From Yuukianura sp. NJ FZ-2021 (lineage: Eukaryota), in NCBI GenBank assembly GCA_046563655.1, contig JAJCTO010000009.1, positions 930,001 to 994,000 of the forward strand: DNA of 64,000 nt, read 5' to 3'. Under the pieces are notes generated by a model. That model saw only the letters and a program-made list of their open reading frames with translations. It ran no database searches and was not told the DNA's origin. Below, in pieces: positions 51,341-62,460 of the stretch (position 1 is the first letter of the stretch; every line of letters starts with the position of its first letter). Both the position numbers and the translations under genes were made by a program.

Positions 51341-51802
51341 TTAAGTTTTTTTTCTAACAAAGTATTTGACTTTTGAATCATTTCTAAAAGTATTACGATT
51401 AAAGTTACAATAAATTGACATTAAACAACAAGAGGTATAAAGTTTATATAAAAAGTAAATTGAATAGTCTCCACAAACTGTACTATTGAAACTTTGGAGT
51501 CTTTTTGTATTTTCTATAAAGTAAGTTTTTAGGCGGGAAGCAAAATTTTGAAAAGATTTATTATAAAAGTTGACTCCCATTCCATAGGAATCAACAAACA
51601 TGAGAGGAGTTTGAGATGATTTCCTAAAAATTGAAATCCAATGTTGTCCAGGAGAATTTGATTCATCCGTATTACAACAAAGGAGTAAAGGATATTGCCT
51701 AATTGAGCAAGAGTTTAAAAAGTCACATGGTATTACATCGAATGAACAATTTTTGTTTGATAAAAAGGAGTTAAGATGAGAAAAAATTTGATTAGTATTC
51801 AT
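51341..51802 (-). CDS. Maverick adenain-like cysteine protease
   Basis: NTDESNSPGQHW, FVDSYG, LQSFNSTVCG give the His/Asp/Gln/Cys catalytic set. Confidence 0.93.
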   Translation of the reverse strand: MNTNQIFSHLNSFLSNKNCSFDVIPCDFLNSCSIRQYPLLLCCNTDESNSPGQHWISIFRKSSQTPLMFVDSYGMGVNFYNKSFQNFASRLKTYFIENTKRLQSFNSTVCGDYSIYFLYKLYTSCCLMSIYCNFNRNTFRNDSKVKYFVRKKT

Positions 51803-53136
51803 GAATCAATAGTTGATCCACTGTAGTCTCTAAAATAAACTGATTTTGAACTGTCAATATGTAACACTGACTGTAGTTCAGAATATACAATTACAGTAAT
51901 TGCTTTTTTCAAAGCTTCTTTAAACTTCAAATCAATTTTAACATTTCCATATTTTGGAGCAGGGAATCCGTCTTTTATGTGTCTCAAGTTGTAAACGAAT
52001 AATGGATTAGATTTAAATTCACTCCAATTTATATCAATTCCAACATCATCATTAGAAATTCCAAGACCATAGAATAGATTACTGTACAACTGTACGTATT
52101 GATTGTCATCAAAATCACAATGAACTGGAAGACTAGAGCCACCATCTCCATTTATACAAACATGAATATAATTTAGTCCAAAATGTTCAAAAGCAAACGG
52201 ATTAGTAGGAAAAGTTCCAATAAAATTTTCAGAAGGAATGAGTCCTAAAATAATCCTATCAGGTACAATTCCAGTTAACAGATTTTCATTCACATTATTT
52301 ATAGTTCCAGGTGAAATTGTATATGTTTTGACTTCATCTCTTTTTAAAGGATAAGTAACTGGTCTTCCTTGTTCCCAAGTTTTAAGAGTAGAAGTGAGTA
52401 GAGATGGAAGAAGGCTTTGTTTTTGAACAATTAATTTACTTTCCAAAATTTGAACTTGATATTTTGCATTAGCTATAGTGGATATGAGTGAGAATTCAGG
52501 AGTAGAGCGAAGGAATGAGACACGAACATCAATTCCAGGAACTAAATACTTATTTTGCATACATATATCTGTAAATGGACGTCCCAAACATTCAATTATA
52601 TTTGAAGATTTTGCCAAATCGTAACGAGTTTTCAAACCGCCTTCTAATTTTACATCCGTATTTTTAGGATCTTTATCTTTATAGAAAAATGCACATTGAC
52701 TTTGAGATTTTTTAAATTCTTTTCCATATGCTAATAAGGTTTCAATATAAGCTCTGTAAGCATAGGAATTATTTGCGGGCGTGATTTGAACTTCATTTAG
52801 ATAAATGGAACATTGTGAAAACAAACTATGAAGAAAATTGTTTGTTGGTATAACAATATCCGGTTCATCTAAAGTTGAATTGCCAGTTTTAACAATACGT
52901 GCCTTAATATATAGTTTAGTTTCGGCAAGGTCCAAAAATTCCACTTGATTTGATTGAATAAAAAATTCAAGTGGAGATTGAGAATCAGTAATTGAATAAA
53001 TTGAATGATACTCAGAAATTGAAGTTGAAGAAAGTGAAACATCATAGACAGGTTCTTCAAAAAGTTGAGTTTCTGATCTGATTACAGTGTAGGGAGCATG
53101 AGATGAATTTAATTTTGAAGCTTTGACTTTAGGCAT
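51799..53136 (-). CDS. Maverick major capsid protein (double jelly-roll, PY/hexon-like)
   Basis: PLEFFI, LDLAETKLYI, NNFLHSLFSQ, YAYRAYIETLL and NPFAF motifs; 445 aa; overlaps the protease start. Confidence 0.9.
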   Translation of the reverse strand: MPKVKASKLNSSHAPYTVIRSETQLFEEPVYDVSLSSTSISEYHSIYSITDSQSPLEFFIQSNQVEFLDLAETKLYIKARIVKTGNSTLDEPDIVIPTNNFLHSLFSQCSIYLNEVQITPANNSYAYRAYIETLLAYGKEFKKSQSQCAFFYKDKDPKNTDVKLEGGLKTRYDLAKSSNIIECLGRPFTDICMQNKYLVPGIDVRVSFLRSTPEFSLISTIANAKYQVQILESKLIVQKQSLLPSLLTSTLKTWEQGRPVTYPLKRDEVKTYTISPGTINNVNENLLTGIVPDRIILGLIPSENFIGTFPTNPFAFEHFGLNYIHVCINGDGGSSLPVHCDFDDNQYVQLYSNLFYGLGISNDDVGIDINWSEFKSNPLFVYNLRHIKDGFPAPKYGNVKIDLKFKEALKKAITVIVYSELQSVLHIDSSKSVYFRDYSGSTIDS

Positions 53137-53257
53137 TTTTTTTGTTTTGTTTTTTTTTCAAAAAATATATCTAATTTTTTTGACTTTATATTCTTCTTCT
53201 TATTTCTCTTGACTCTTCTCTTTTTCTGGGGTCTGGGGTTATTACGAGCTACACGTT

Positions 53258-53641
53258 TCAAAGTACGTTTTTTTTAGACTTGTTTCGAATTCGTCTTCCA
53301 AAACCACTCTGACTAAGAACATCCTGTCCCATTGACTTAAGTGCCTGCAGGCCATGATTTTTAAGAGACTGTTTCATATTTTGATTTCCACCAATCGCAT
53401 CAACAGCAATACCTTTTAATGCTTTTGCTGCATGTGGAAGTATAAATTGTTTAACAAATGGTAACAATCGTCTAGCTAAAGTACCAAAAACTCCACCAAG
53501 TCCAGCCCCTTTTTGTCTCCTAACTCCAGAAAAATATAATCTTGGTTCTACTGTTCCGTATCCAAATTGTGGAATATGATAATTTAATTTAAAAAATTGA
53601 TTCGGCTCATCTACTCGACAGCTAAATCCTGAATGTTTCAT
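53258..53641 (-). CDS. Small Maverick virion protein (amphipathic, protease-cleavage-type motif)
   Basis: RRQKGAGLGGVFGTLARRLLPFVK, located between the minor and major capsid genes. Confidence 0.75.
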   Translation of the reverse strand: MKHSGFSCRVDEPNQFFKLNYHIPQFGYGTVEPRLYFSGVRRQKGAGLGGVFGTLARRLLPFVKQFILPHAAKALKGIAVDAIGGNQNMKQSLKNHGLQALKSMGQDVLSQSGFGRRIRNKSKKNVL

Positions 53642-53654
53642 TTTTTAAAAAATC

Positions 53655-54533
53655 CTAACGTTTTTCTCGAAATCGTAGTGTAACAGTCACATTACCAAAT
53701 TCAAATGCAACTGGTTCAGAAACTTCATTGCGTATATATATGTGTATTACTTCAAATTCTGACACCGCTATATCGTAAAAGAATTGATGTATAAATTCAT
53801 GTGTTTTCTGTTTCCCAGTAATTCCATCATAATCAATCACGCGGAGGCATGGAACCATCACGTGTCCAACAAATTGTGGTCGAATTAAAGGACAATATAT
53901 AAATAATTTAGTATTTCCAGAATTTAAAAACATTGGCATTGTTCCTTTGCCACTAAAAATTCTTTTTCCATTTGAATTTTCATGAGAGTAGTTAAGTTGG
54001 TTAGAACTTAAACCAAGAATATCACATAATTTTGGAGAAAATTCTAAAATTTCTGTTTGGTCGAGTGGAATATTATAAGAAAATGTATTTCCATCAATCT
54101 CAAAAGTACTTCCATCAATTTGTGTATGTAGTACATGAAGTAGTTCAGATTCTGTAGTTATATCTTTGTAAGATGAGATTGGAGGTGATGGTGGTATGAG
54201 AACAGTTGTTGGTACAACAGCCTCCTTCATTTCCACATGTGTTGTTTCTAAAGATTTTTCTTTATGTAAATATATAATTTTTGAAGTAGGTGTTTCCAAA
54301 GTAGATCCTTCACTCTTCTTCTTTTCAAATAAAACATCTCCTTTTCTTATGAATGGGCTACCGTATGTGTAACTTATACTTGTTAAAGCTACTTGCCATT
54401 GACCTGGTGGAAGAGAAATTGGAGAGCCAAGCCGATTTTTAAAATCGGAAATTTTATTTCCAGGGAAAATGTCCATGGAAGCATTAGATTGTAAAGTAAC
54501 ATAAAATGAAGTTTCGTTTCCAATTAAACTCAT
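53655..54533 (-). CDS. Maverick minor capsid protein (penton/PX-like)
   Basis: SFYVTLQSNASMDIFPGNKISDF...WQVALTSISY N-terminus; LFIYCPLI and VTVTLRF C-terminus. Confidence 0.88.
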   Translation of the reverse strand: MSLIGNETSFYVTLQSNASMDIFPGNKISDFKNRLGSPISLPPGQWQVALTSISYTYGSPFIRKGDVLFEKKKSEGSTLETPTSKIIYLHKEKSLETTHVEMKEAVVPTTVLIPPSPPISSYKDITTESELLHVLHTQIDGSTFEIDGNTFSYNIPLDQTEILEFSPKLCDILGLSSNQLNYSHENSNGKRIFSGKGTMPMFLNSGNTKLFIYCPLIRPQFVGHVMVPCLRVIDYDGITGKQKTHEFIHQFFYDIAVSEFEVIHIYIRNEVSEPVAFEFGNVTVTLRFREKR

Positions 54534-54620
54534 AACTTTTTAACTTTTTTTAAAATGTACAACAAAGTTAACGCAGGGATTTAAAAACTCAATGTTAAGG
54601 CACGAATTTAAACCCAAAAG

Positions 54621-54800
54621 GAACGCTGGATTAAATCCACTGTGAACACGCTGGAAAAGAATCCAAGAGAAAACGCTGGATTAAATCCACTGTGGACATG
54701 CTGGAAAAAAAATCCAGAGAAACGCTGGATTAAAAATCCACTGTGCAGAGAAACGCTGGATTAAAAATCCACTGAACACGCTGGGAAAAAAAACCCAAGG
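54621..54800. repeat. Cluster of about 7 palindromic GCTGG(A)-N-(T)CCA units upstream of the capsid genes
   Basis: ACGCTGGATTAAATCCACTG and variants repeat in tandem. Confidence 0.85.
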
Positions 54801-54903
54801 AAAAGGTTAGGGATTCCCCCCTTTTTTAGTAAAAGTTGCACGATCAGTCCCCCAGGGGGGGGCTACCCCTCTCTCACTCTTTTTTTTTTATTATTTTTTT
54901 TTC

Positions 54904-56008
54904 CTAGTATTTTTCCCAATGTAAAACAAAGAGGAAAAAAATGCTGCTGCTGCTTTTTTTAAACCTTTTCCAATTTGTTTTGATTTTACTCCTTTTTTTA
55001 CTTTTTGGAGTTGATGGAGGAGGACTTTTCCTTTTTCTTAAACGAGCAAGCATAGGAGTAGTACGTTTTTTTGAAACAAAATTTACAGTACTACTACTAC
55101 TACTATCCTCTTGCTGCTGCTGCTGCTCCTCCTCCTCTTGCCCTTGACTTTCAATTCCACCACTTCTACCTTCTCCTTCTTCATCCAACAGAAGCTGAGA
55201 CTCATTTGGTAATGTTTCTACTGCTGTACTACTATTTAAATCAGCTGTTGAATAATTTGAACCTGGTTCATATGACATGACACTGGATGAAGCTGGAGAT
55301 GTTTTTTCTAAATGTAACGCTGGAGTAACCTTTGGTGATATGTTCCAGGAACCATAATGTATAGATTTAAATTGCTTTAGTAGTTTTCTTTAGCAGTTGC
55401 AGTTTTAGCAGTTGGTGGATTAATTAATGCAGATTGAAGTTGTTGATGAACTTCATACCAACCTGGTGGTGGTTGAAATTGTTCTCTTCGTTTTGAATTT
55501 TCCAAATAGTATGAAATAACGTTTATAATATTTGAAAAGGGAACTCGATTTTCATCAATAATAACTTCAAACTTATCATTCCAAAATATATTACATTGTT
55601 TCATGTGTTTAAATAATTTTTTTCCTTCCTTAACTTTTGGAATTTGTTCTAAAATATATGGCTCAGTAACTTGAAGCATGGAAGAATTTGTAGTAGTAGT
55701 AGCAACAACAGGGTTTTTTAGTTTTCTATTAACATTTTTAACAAGAATAGGTTGGTTTGCTAAAATTTTTCGTCTCTCGTGTAACCGTTTTGCAAAATCA
55801 TGATAAAGTAAAGCTTTTATATCGTCTGGAATATCCTTTGCACTTAAAATTTTCTGTTTGCTAATTAACAACTCCTCTCCTTTATCACTACCGGTCAACT
55901 TGACATCAATCCTCCTCTCTTTATCTTCTCCGCTGCTACTTACTTCAAATGTTGGATCAAACTTTTTTTATATTCTGCTTCCGAAACTAATCTTAGCCTC
56001 TTCATCAT
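54904..56008 (-). CDS. Maverick hypothetical protein, broken by two single-base frameshifts
   Basis: MMKRLRLVSEAEYKK (56008) joins ORF 55377-55898 across an A7 run. That ORF joins ORF 54904-55278 through an open frame near 55390. Confidence 0.6.
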
Positions 56009-56037
56009 TTTCTTCCAGATTCTACTGTCTCACAGTA

Positions 56038-56370
56038 TTATTTTAATATTCTGGAAAGTACCGGTGGAATTATTGATGCAAGAAGAATTGGTAGGATAGC
56101 TCCACCCCGTTGTGTCAAAATCTTCTTTTTTCTTTTCAATGAACTTTTTCTTTGTTTTACAATTGAAATGATTGCCTTCTTATGTGGTTTTAATTTTGAA
56201 ATAGTTTCTCCACTCACTCCAAAATTTTTTTTATAAATATTTAAAATACATTCACAAATTGACTCAATTTCAGGCTTTGTTGCATTTTTTATTAGTCCTA
56301 TTCGTTGTTCCTTTGCACAAGTTGATAAATATTTCAAAAAATCAAAATTGTTTCGTAATCTTAAAGACAT
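56038..56370 (-). CDS. Small basic Maverick structural protein
   Basis: IESICECILNI...KKKILTQRGGAILPILLASII, a pattern typical of a conserved small Polinton ORF. Confidence 0.75.
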   Translation of the reverse strand: MSLRLRNNFDFLKYLSTCAKEQRIGLIKNATKPEIESICECILNIYKKNFGVSGETISKLKPHKKAIISIVKQRKSSLKRKKKILTQRGGAILPILLASIIPPVLSRILK

Positions 56371-56546
56371 GATGTTGTCAGCGACATGTCTACTCTTCAA
56401 ATGAATAAACTTTTCAAATATACTAAATCCTTTATAAGAATTTAAACATTTAAAATATTTTCTCAGTCTCCTTCCATCACGTATTCATATTTGAACTGCA
56501 GCTACCCCCTCTTATTCCTTCTTCCCCCCTTCTACTCCTTCTCATC

Positions 56547-57527
56547 ATGAGACGCCACCTTAAACTTGAAAAAAAAATTAAACAGCAATATGTCAACCCA
56601 AAAAGTAGTTTTGCTTTTACTGGTCATAACCAAATTGTCAAAACTTTACTTAAATCTAAAGAAAATAAACTCTCGTCATCCACTCTTTCCAAAGTAGTGA
56701 GAAATGCTCTGTCATCTCTACCTGCATATACCTTACACGTTCAAGCTAGGAAACATTATCCCAGGCGAAAAGTCTTTGTTCCATCAATAAAATATCAGTA
56801 TTGTGTTGATTTGGTTGACCTATCCAAATACAAAGACACAAATGGTGGAAATAGATATTTAGCTACCTGTATCGATGCTTTTTCAAAAGTTGCAGATGTT
56901 ATTCCACTGAACAACAAAACTGGACAACTTTTAACTACAACTTTACAAAAAATATTTAAAAAAAGAGGTGTTCCTAAACAATTACAGTGTGATCAAGGAT
57001 CTGAATTTATAAATAAGAACGTAAAAACTATGCTTAAAAAGGCAGGCGTTACTTTGTTTAATACCCGTTCTGAACTTAAAGCTGTGATAGTTGAACGTTT
57101 TAATAGAACTCTCATGAATAGAATTGCAAAGTATATGACACATACAAATAGTACAAGATACACTCATGTTTTGCAAAATATAGTTGAAGCTTATAATAAT
57201 TCCTATCATTCCTCAATAAAAATGACTCCAAATCAAGTCAACAATGAAACTAAAACTCAAGTTTTCTTAAATTTGTACTCAAAGTACAAGTCTAAAGTCA
57301 AATTTCCAAAGTCAAAACTACAAATTCACATTGGTGATAAAGTACTTATTAGTAAAGTCAAATCTACCTTTGCTAAAGGCTACGCCCAATCTTGGAAAGA
57401 TGAAATTTTTACAGTTTCAAATATTTATAATACAAATCCAACAACATTTCAAATTCAAGATAAAGACAGAGTTCCAATTTTTGGAATATTTTACAGAGAA
57501 GAACTTTTAAAAGTTTTTCATTCCTAA
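56547..57527 (+). CDS. Maverick retroviral-like (rve) integrase
   Basis: VDLVDL, IDAFSK, QCDQGSEF, KAVIVERFNRTL, YNNSYHSSIKMTP, FAKGY..W. Confidence 0.95.
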   Translation: MRRHLKLEKKIKQQYVNPKSSFAFTGHNQIVKTLLKSKENKLSSSTLSKVVRNALSSLPAYTLHVQARKHYPRRKVFVPSIKYQYCVDLVDLSKYKDTNGGNRYLATCIDAFSKVADVIPLNNKTGQLLTTTLQKIFKKRGVPKQLQCDQGSEFINKNVKTMLKKAGVTLFNTRSELKAVIVERFNRTLMNRIAKYMTHTNSTRYTHVLQNIVEAYNNSYHSSIKMTPNQVNNETKTQVFLNLYSKYKSKVKFPKSKLQIHIGDKVLISKVKSTFAKGYAQSWKDEIFTVSNIYNTNPTTFQIQDKDRVPIFGIFYREELLKVFHS

Positions 57528-57683
57528 TTTGAACTTCAACCTGGAATGAGCTCATGCAGTTTTTGTTCAATTTGGCAAACATTATCCAATTTTTTCTTTA
57601 AAAGAAATAATACAACTACAATAACCGTGTGTAAAACTTTCTCGTGCAATTGTAACCTAAATAAACTTGGTAGAACTCGTACA

Positions 57684-58096
57684 ATGGACAAACCAGCATC
57701 TCCTAATACTTCTCCATTTGCTACAGAAATGGACACTTATATTAATACTGTCATTCAACCAAACCTACCAATAACTGCACCAGAATCTGATCAACCTTCT
57801 CGCAGAACTGGAGGAAAGAAAATTAGACGACAATCTGCAGCAACTAATCAACGTACACGAAAGGTTACATCACTATCTATGGTTGTTGAAGTCCGAAAAG
57901 AGTTCCCTAAACCGTTTCCACCACCTCAAATTAACTTGGAAGATGGATGGCAAGTTTTTTTGGAAATGAAAACGGATTCTCTGGAACCTCACACTTGCAC
58001 ATTAGAAATCAATTTGATCAAAGTGTGGGAGTTGCTTTGCCAGTTGAGCTGTACGACTGTTTAATGGAAGGGCTTATGAAACTCAAAAGATTGTAA
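57684..58096 (+). CDS. Probable PC4-like ssDNA-binding protein, one frameshift
   Basis: ..LEDGWQVFLEMK then, after a shift near 57973, FSGTSHLHIRNQFDQSVGVALPVELYDCL resembles the PC4 pattern F.G....IR....G..L..E. Confidence 0.5.
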
Positions 58097-58164
58097 CTGT
58101 AAGCTTTTATTATTTCTTCATATATAAGTCAATGGTTTGGGAGGCCAACGCCCCCCCCCCTCCC

Positions 58165-59708
58165 TCGTTTACTTTTGCACTTTTGGGTTTTTCTTTTTGC
58201 ACTTTTGTGCAACTGTTTATATTTCGTTTTTGTCCATGCTCACTGTAGGTTTAGGTGCTTAATTAGTTTTTAAAAATAATTTTAAGAAAATATTTTGCGG
58301 TTTTGTGGTTTTCGTGCAAGTACCTACCTGAAAAATCCTCTCCTCTTTGCACTTTTATACAACTTTTTAGTTTTTTTTTATAGCTTAGGCTCATTTTAAA
58401 CTTGGCATTTAATTTGGTTTTTAATTTTTTTTTTGTGTTTGAAAATACTACTTTCCCGGAAGCTATCTCTCTCGGAAACTTTTTAAATAGTAAATTCTCA
58501 AAAATGTTTCTTTGTAAACATCAGGTTCCTTTCTAAACATCTTTCGAAAATATTTTGAAATGACACAAGACCTAACCTACGGTTCGTCTTGCACGTTTGC
58601 GGTTTTTTAATTGCCGAATACTTCCGTGTCGCGATCGCTAATTAGAATGCACGAAAAAAACTTACGACAAGTTCAATCAATGAAAACTTTTGACCTTGTG
58701 AGTTGATTGACTCGTGTACAAAAAGCAAACTTATTTAAAAAAGCGTACGACAAGTTCAAGCAATGGGAACTTTTGACATTGTGAGTTGATTGACTCGTGT
58801 ACAAAATACAAACCTATTTCCAATATAAACAATTGCAAGCACAAGGGCAATGGTGGGAGGTCTGCCTTCTAGCTTTTCGCCGAGTGAATAACGGTTCACT
58901 CACCGCAAAAGCATTGCGTAACCATTTCAATGCTACAATTTGACTAGTCAGCGTTTCCATCTAGTTGCTTATGATCCGTGGAGTGTTGGTACGCAAGTTT
59001 ATACGACACCCAGTGCTCATTTTGGTATTGGTTTTTTCAAAATCACAAATCTCACCGACTAATTTCTGCCGCTAGACGTCAACCTCGTTTACTATTGGTC
59101 CGCTAGTCCTTCAAAACTACACATACTAGTCGTTTTGAATGGGCAGGGAAATAGCTTTATCGCAAGTCAACTGCCCAAGGACGTTCAAATCCCTCGAGTT
59201 TGACGATAAAGTGCGTCAACCTGACTTCTGATTGGTCGACGTGTTGTTGCCCCAGAGGGCGTGGCTAGTACAATACTGAAATTTGATTGGTCAAAATCCC
59301 AGCCCGTGTATCAATTTCAGCCAATTGGCGTCCAGCTCGCTTTTGATTGGTCGACTTGTTGCTGCCCCAGAGGGCTTTGCCAGTAAAATACTGAAATTTG
59401 CTTGGTAAAATCCCAACCTGTAAACCAATTTCAGCCATTTGGCGTCCATCTCGCTTCTGATTGGTCGACGAGTCGTTGCATCAGTGGGCGTGGCCAGTAC
59501 ATTGCTGCAATTTGATTGGTCAAAATCCCAAGGCCTATACCAATTTTCAGCCAATGGGCGTGCAGCTCGCTTCTGATTGGTCGACATGTCGTTCAAAAAT
59601 GGCCTAGTCCCACCAATGGGAGTGGCTGGTCGCAAAATGTTTTAAAATCCTCTGCCATTTTTTTCTAGGAAGTGCAATAAAATAAACTCGTGGAATCATA
59701 AAAAAATG
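58165..59708. repeat. Left arm of a long inverted repeat
   Basis: Reverse complement of 62461-64000, near-identical; the same 114-aa ORF appears in both arms on opposite strands. Confidence 0.97.
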
Positions 59709-59957
59709 AGATGCGAACCACTGCCGGTCCTCAAAAAGCCAACATAATGTGGTTCAGAAATACATGCCGCGTCACCGATCCCCTTAAAAACTAGTTTTAA
59801 ATAAATCCAAAGTTAGACTATTGGTTTTATTTAGCTTTAATGATGCTGGTTTTTATTTTCAAGCTCATACCATACATTACACAAGATTATGAATTGTATA
59901 AAGTATTGTGAGTGGAATACATATGAAGGAACGCTTTGAAATTTGAAGTTACAAAAA

Positions 59958-61259
59958 TTACTTGAAAAAAATGCTTTTCGTAGATGCGAACCGCCTTCTC
60001 CAATTTCCAGCGTAACGTCTTCCACGGCAATGGTGATAACCATTAGCTCTTCCTTTGTCTTTTCGTCAAAGCTAAGGCCCAATGCAAATTGTCCAATTTT
60101 TCCAGGGTTGAACGTGTCTGATCTCAAGTTTTGAGTGTCAAACACAAAAATCGCATTGCCCTTTACAAATTGCTCATATGTAATGTCGTTTCCGTCGGTT
60201 CCATGTGAAATTAACTTGCACATGTTGTTGTAGGCCAGCATGTAATTTTTGTTTTCAAAGTTCATTTCCTCAAAAACAACTCCCTTTCCTTCGAATTTGA
60301 GTTTCATGTTTTTGATTCCATGTTGGTTTGAAATTAAACGGTGACTTTTCGAGTTTACCGTTGACGACTTCGCTTGTCGTAATTGCAATGCAGAGGAGCT
60401 TTGGCCGAATTGCCGTAGGCATAATTTTTGGAATTTCAAATTCGGTTACCCCAACGGGTACATACGTAGAGAACTTGACGGCGTTGTCAAAAGAATACAA
60501 TGCCATTTTCTTTTTTGCAAATGCGGTGCGAAGTTGAGTAGTCAACTTTTCATTTAGACGATATTGGCGAACGTAAAAGTCTGCACACTCCACTTCAATC
60601 TTGTATTCAGTTGTAGAGGATGGTCCGCACAAGCAAAACTCTGGGTTGGTCCGCTGAATTTGAAAATTGAACCGTGTTCCTGGCGGGAAAAGTCTCGGCG
60701 AAGTGAAAATTCCAAGCATCGGACGTCCAATCATCTCGAATTGATTACTTTTCTTTGCCAGCTCAAGTCGAGCTTTGAAGCTTGGGTTTGTGTCGTCAAA
60801 GTTGTCCATAACATTGCCGGGAAAATAAATTTCCCTGGACAATGTACTGCTTTTCGAACCAATCCCTTGCTGAAGTTGAGTAAATATCCAAGCCTCGTAC
60901 GGGTATGCTCTTGGCCCCTGCGCCACGACTTGCGTGTTGTTGACAACGACTTTAAAATCTTCGATAAATGTGTGAAAGAACAGATTTTCCGGAGCAACCT
61001 TGTCTGTGTCACCGAGTGCCGAACCATCTTTTTTTCGAATGGAAACTACAAATCTGAAAAACGAATCCGACAAATCCAGGTAGGCCATTTGCCAAAACGA
61101 AAAATGAATCGGATTTTCATTTCCTTTTGTGGCATAGTACGACTCTACTTTGAGATAATTGTCCAGCAGGCAAGACACTTCGGTATCTGGCATGGAAAAC
61201 AAGTCCAATTTGGCATTTGTGTCCACCAGCTTCGAGTGCATTGGAACGGTAAGCTCCAT
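59958..61259 (-). CDS. Second, divergent Maverick-type major capsid protein (1-2 frameshifts)
   Basis: LDLFSMPDTEVS, YLDLSDSFFRF, ENLFFHTF, YPYEAWI, SPFNF, then after a 1-nt shift near 60322 HGIKNMKL..NYMLAYNNM..GNDITYEQFVKGNAIFVFD. Collinear with 51799-53136. Confidence 0.88.
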
Positions 61260-61638
61260 TTCCGTGGTTAGTTGGCCTCGTTTTAGGTCAAGTCTGTGAG
61301 ATATTGTTGGGGTATTTTAATTTGCTAAAAATCGCTGAACCTCAACAATGTAGAGCCAATTGTTGTCTAAAGTACGTCGAGTGATGAGGTCGATAAGAGG
61401 TGCCGATGCCGACTGGCGACCGTTTGGATGCAAATGTCCAACTTTTTGGCAGAAAAGTGTATTAAATTTGGCTTTTGGGTACCGATTGGCGACCGTTTGA
61501 AGACAACTCTGCCCACTAAACGTACAATTTTGCACAATTTTTTGGCAGAGTGGTGTTGTCACCTCGGCTGTCGCATGCCGACTGGCCGCCAAACTGGCTA
61601 ATAATGCCAATTTATAGTAGTCAACAGGTGGGGAGACT

Positions 61639-62307
61639 TTAGTTTCTACTATACTTAATGACAAATGTGTAAAGGCAAGTGGTTTCACCGCAGAAGCAGG
61701 CTACCATTTGCACTATTCTTGCACGAAGTAGCATACATAAGTCCAGTTTGCCCCCTTTTTGGTTTCCTTTTTGAAGTTTTTCTAGTTGATTTCTTTCCTG
61801 CAACGTCACTTTGGGTGACTTTTTGATGTTTTTTGTTCTTTTTTGTTGAATCTGTATCAGATTCTGCTCCACTACAGCGTGGGGATTCGATTCTCTCCTC
61901 TTTTCTTCCGCCTTTTTTCGTTTTCGCGTCAATTTCATAGACTTTGACCCTTTGCGGCGTGATTTTTTCGATGTCTTGCGTGTTTCTGTGTCACTTGGCG
62001 ACATTTGGTGCGGGATATGCTGTTCAAATGGCGACATTCTTCCATGTTGCAGCGACGTTTTTTGCAACTTGCGAGGTAACTTGGACCGTCCGTCAGAATC
62101 GTCATCCTCAACTCTCGCGTTTCTTCGATTAGCCGATTCCAGAACTTGCAATTCTTCATTTGAGAGGAACCCCATTACCTGATTTCCATCCTCGTTTTTC
62201 GTTTTCTTGCTATTCTTTGGCGTAACTTGTGCAGAATCCATTGTACCAGTGTCGCTCTCAGTCAAAAACACCCTTGAGGTTACTTTTGCTTCCTGCTTTG
62301 CGAGCAC
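61639..62307 (-). CDS. Lys/Arg-rich low-complexity hypothetical protein
   Basis: 222-codon ORF, first ATG at MDSAQ; KKSRRKGSKSMKLTRKRKK; QKGG near the C-terminus. Confidence 0.6.
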   Translation of the reverse strand: MLAKQEAKVTSRVFLTESDTGTMDSAQVTPKNSKKTKNEDGNQVMGFLSNEELQVLESANRRNARVEDDDSDGRSKLPRKLQKTSLQHGRMSPFEQHIPHQMSPSDTETRKTSKKSRRKGSKSMKLTRKRKKAEEKRRESNPHAVVEQNLIQIQQKRTKNIKKSPKVTLQERNQLEKLQKGNQKGGKLDLCMLLRARIVQMVACFCGETTCLYTFVIKYSRN

Positions 62308-62460
62308 GTCCTTTCCGGTTGCTTGTCAAACTACAAATGAGTATGGTTTGGTAAAGCAGTGAAGATTAAATGTTTTCCAAACTGGCCAGTTTATAATGTT
62401 CTGGCGCACACAGCATGCTGTATATACGCCAGGGTTCAGCAACAAATGATGTCTCGAGAC

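Larger units (their letters stand above)
29371..58096. mobile_element. Maverick/Polinton (adintovirus-like) element. Left terminus inferred at 29371; right end not in window.
   Basis: Core genes at 51341-57527 are clear (adenain, DJR capsid, penton-like, rve integrase). The satellite stops mid-monomer at GATGAG|AGTAGTAATC, and AGTAGT is a typical Maverick 5' end. Confidence 0.75.

Noticed and set aside
59291..59635. 114-aa ORF in both inverted arms (also 62532-62876)
   Set aside because: TTG start, and it simply translates the CCAAT repeat array.
60564..61271. 235-aa plus-strand ORF, and similar antisense ORFs over gag, pol and ORF3
   Set aside because: Antisense shadows of recognised coding regions, with no motifs of their own.
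61317..61688. 123-aa ORF upstream of the second capsid gene
   Set aside because: GTG start, and it spans short direct repeats (CTGCCAAAAA, AAACGGTCGCCA). More likely regulatory.
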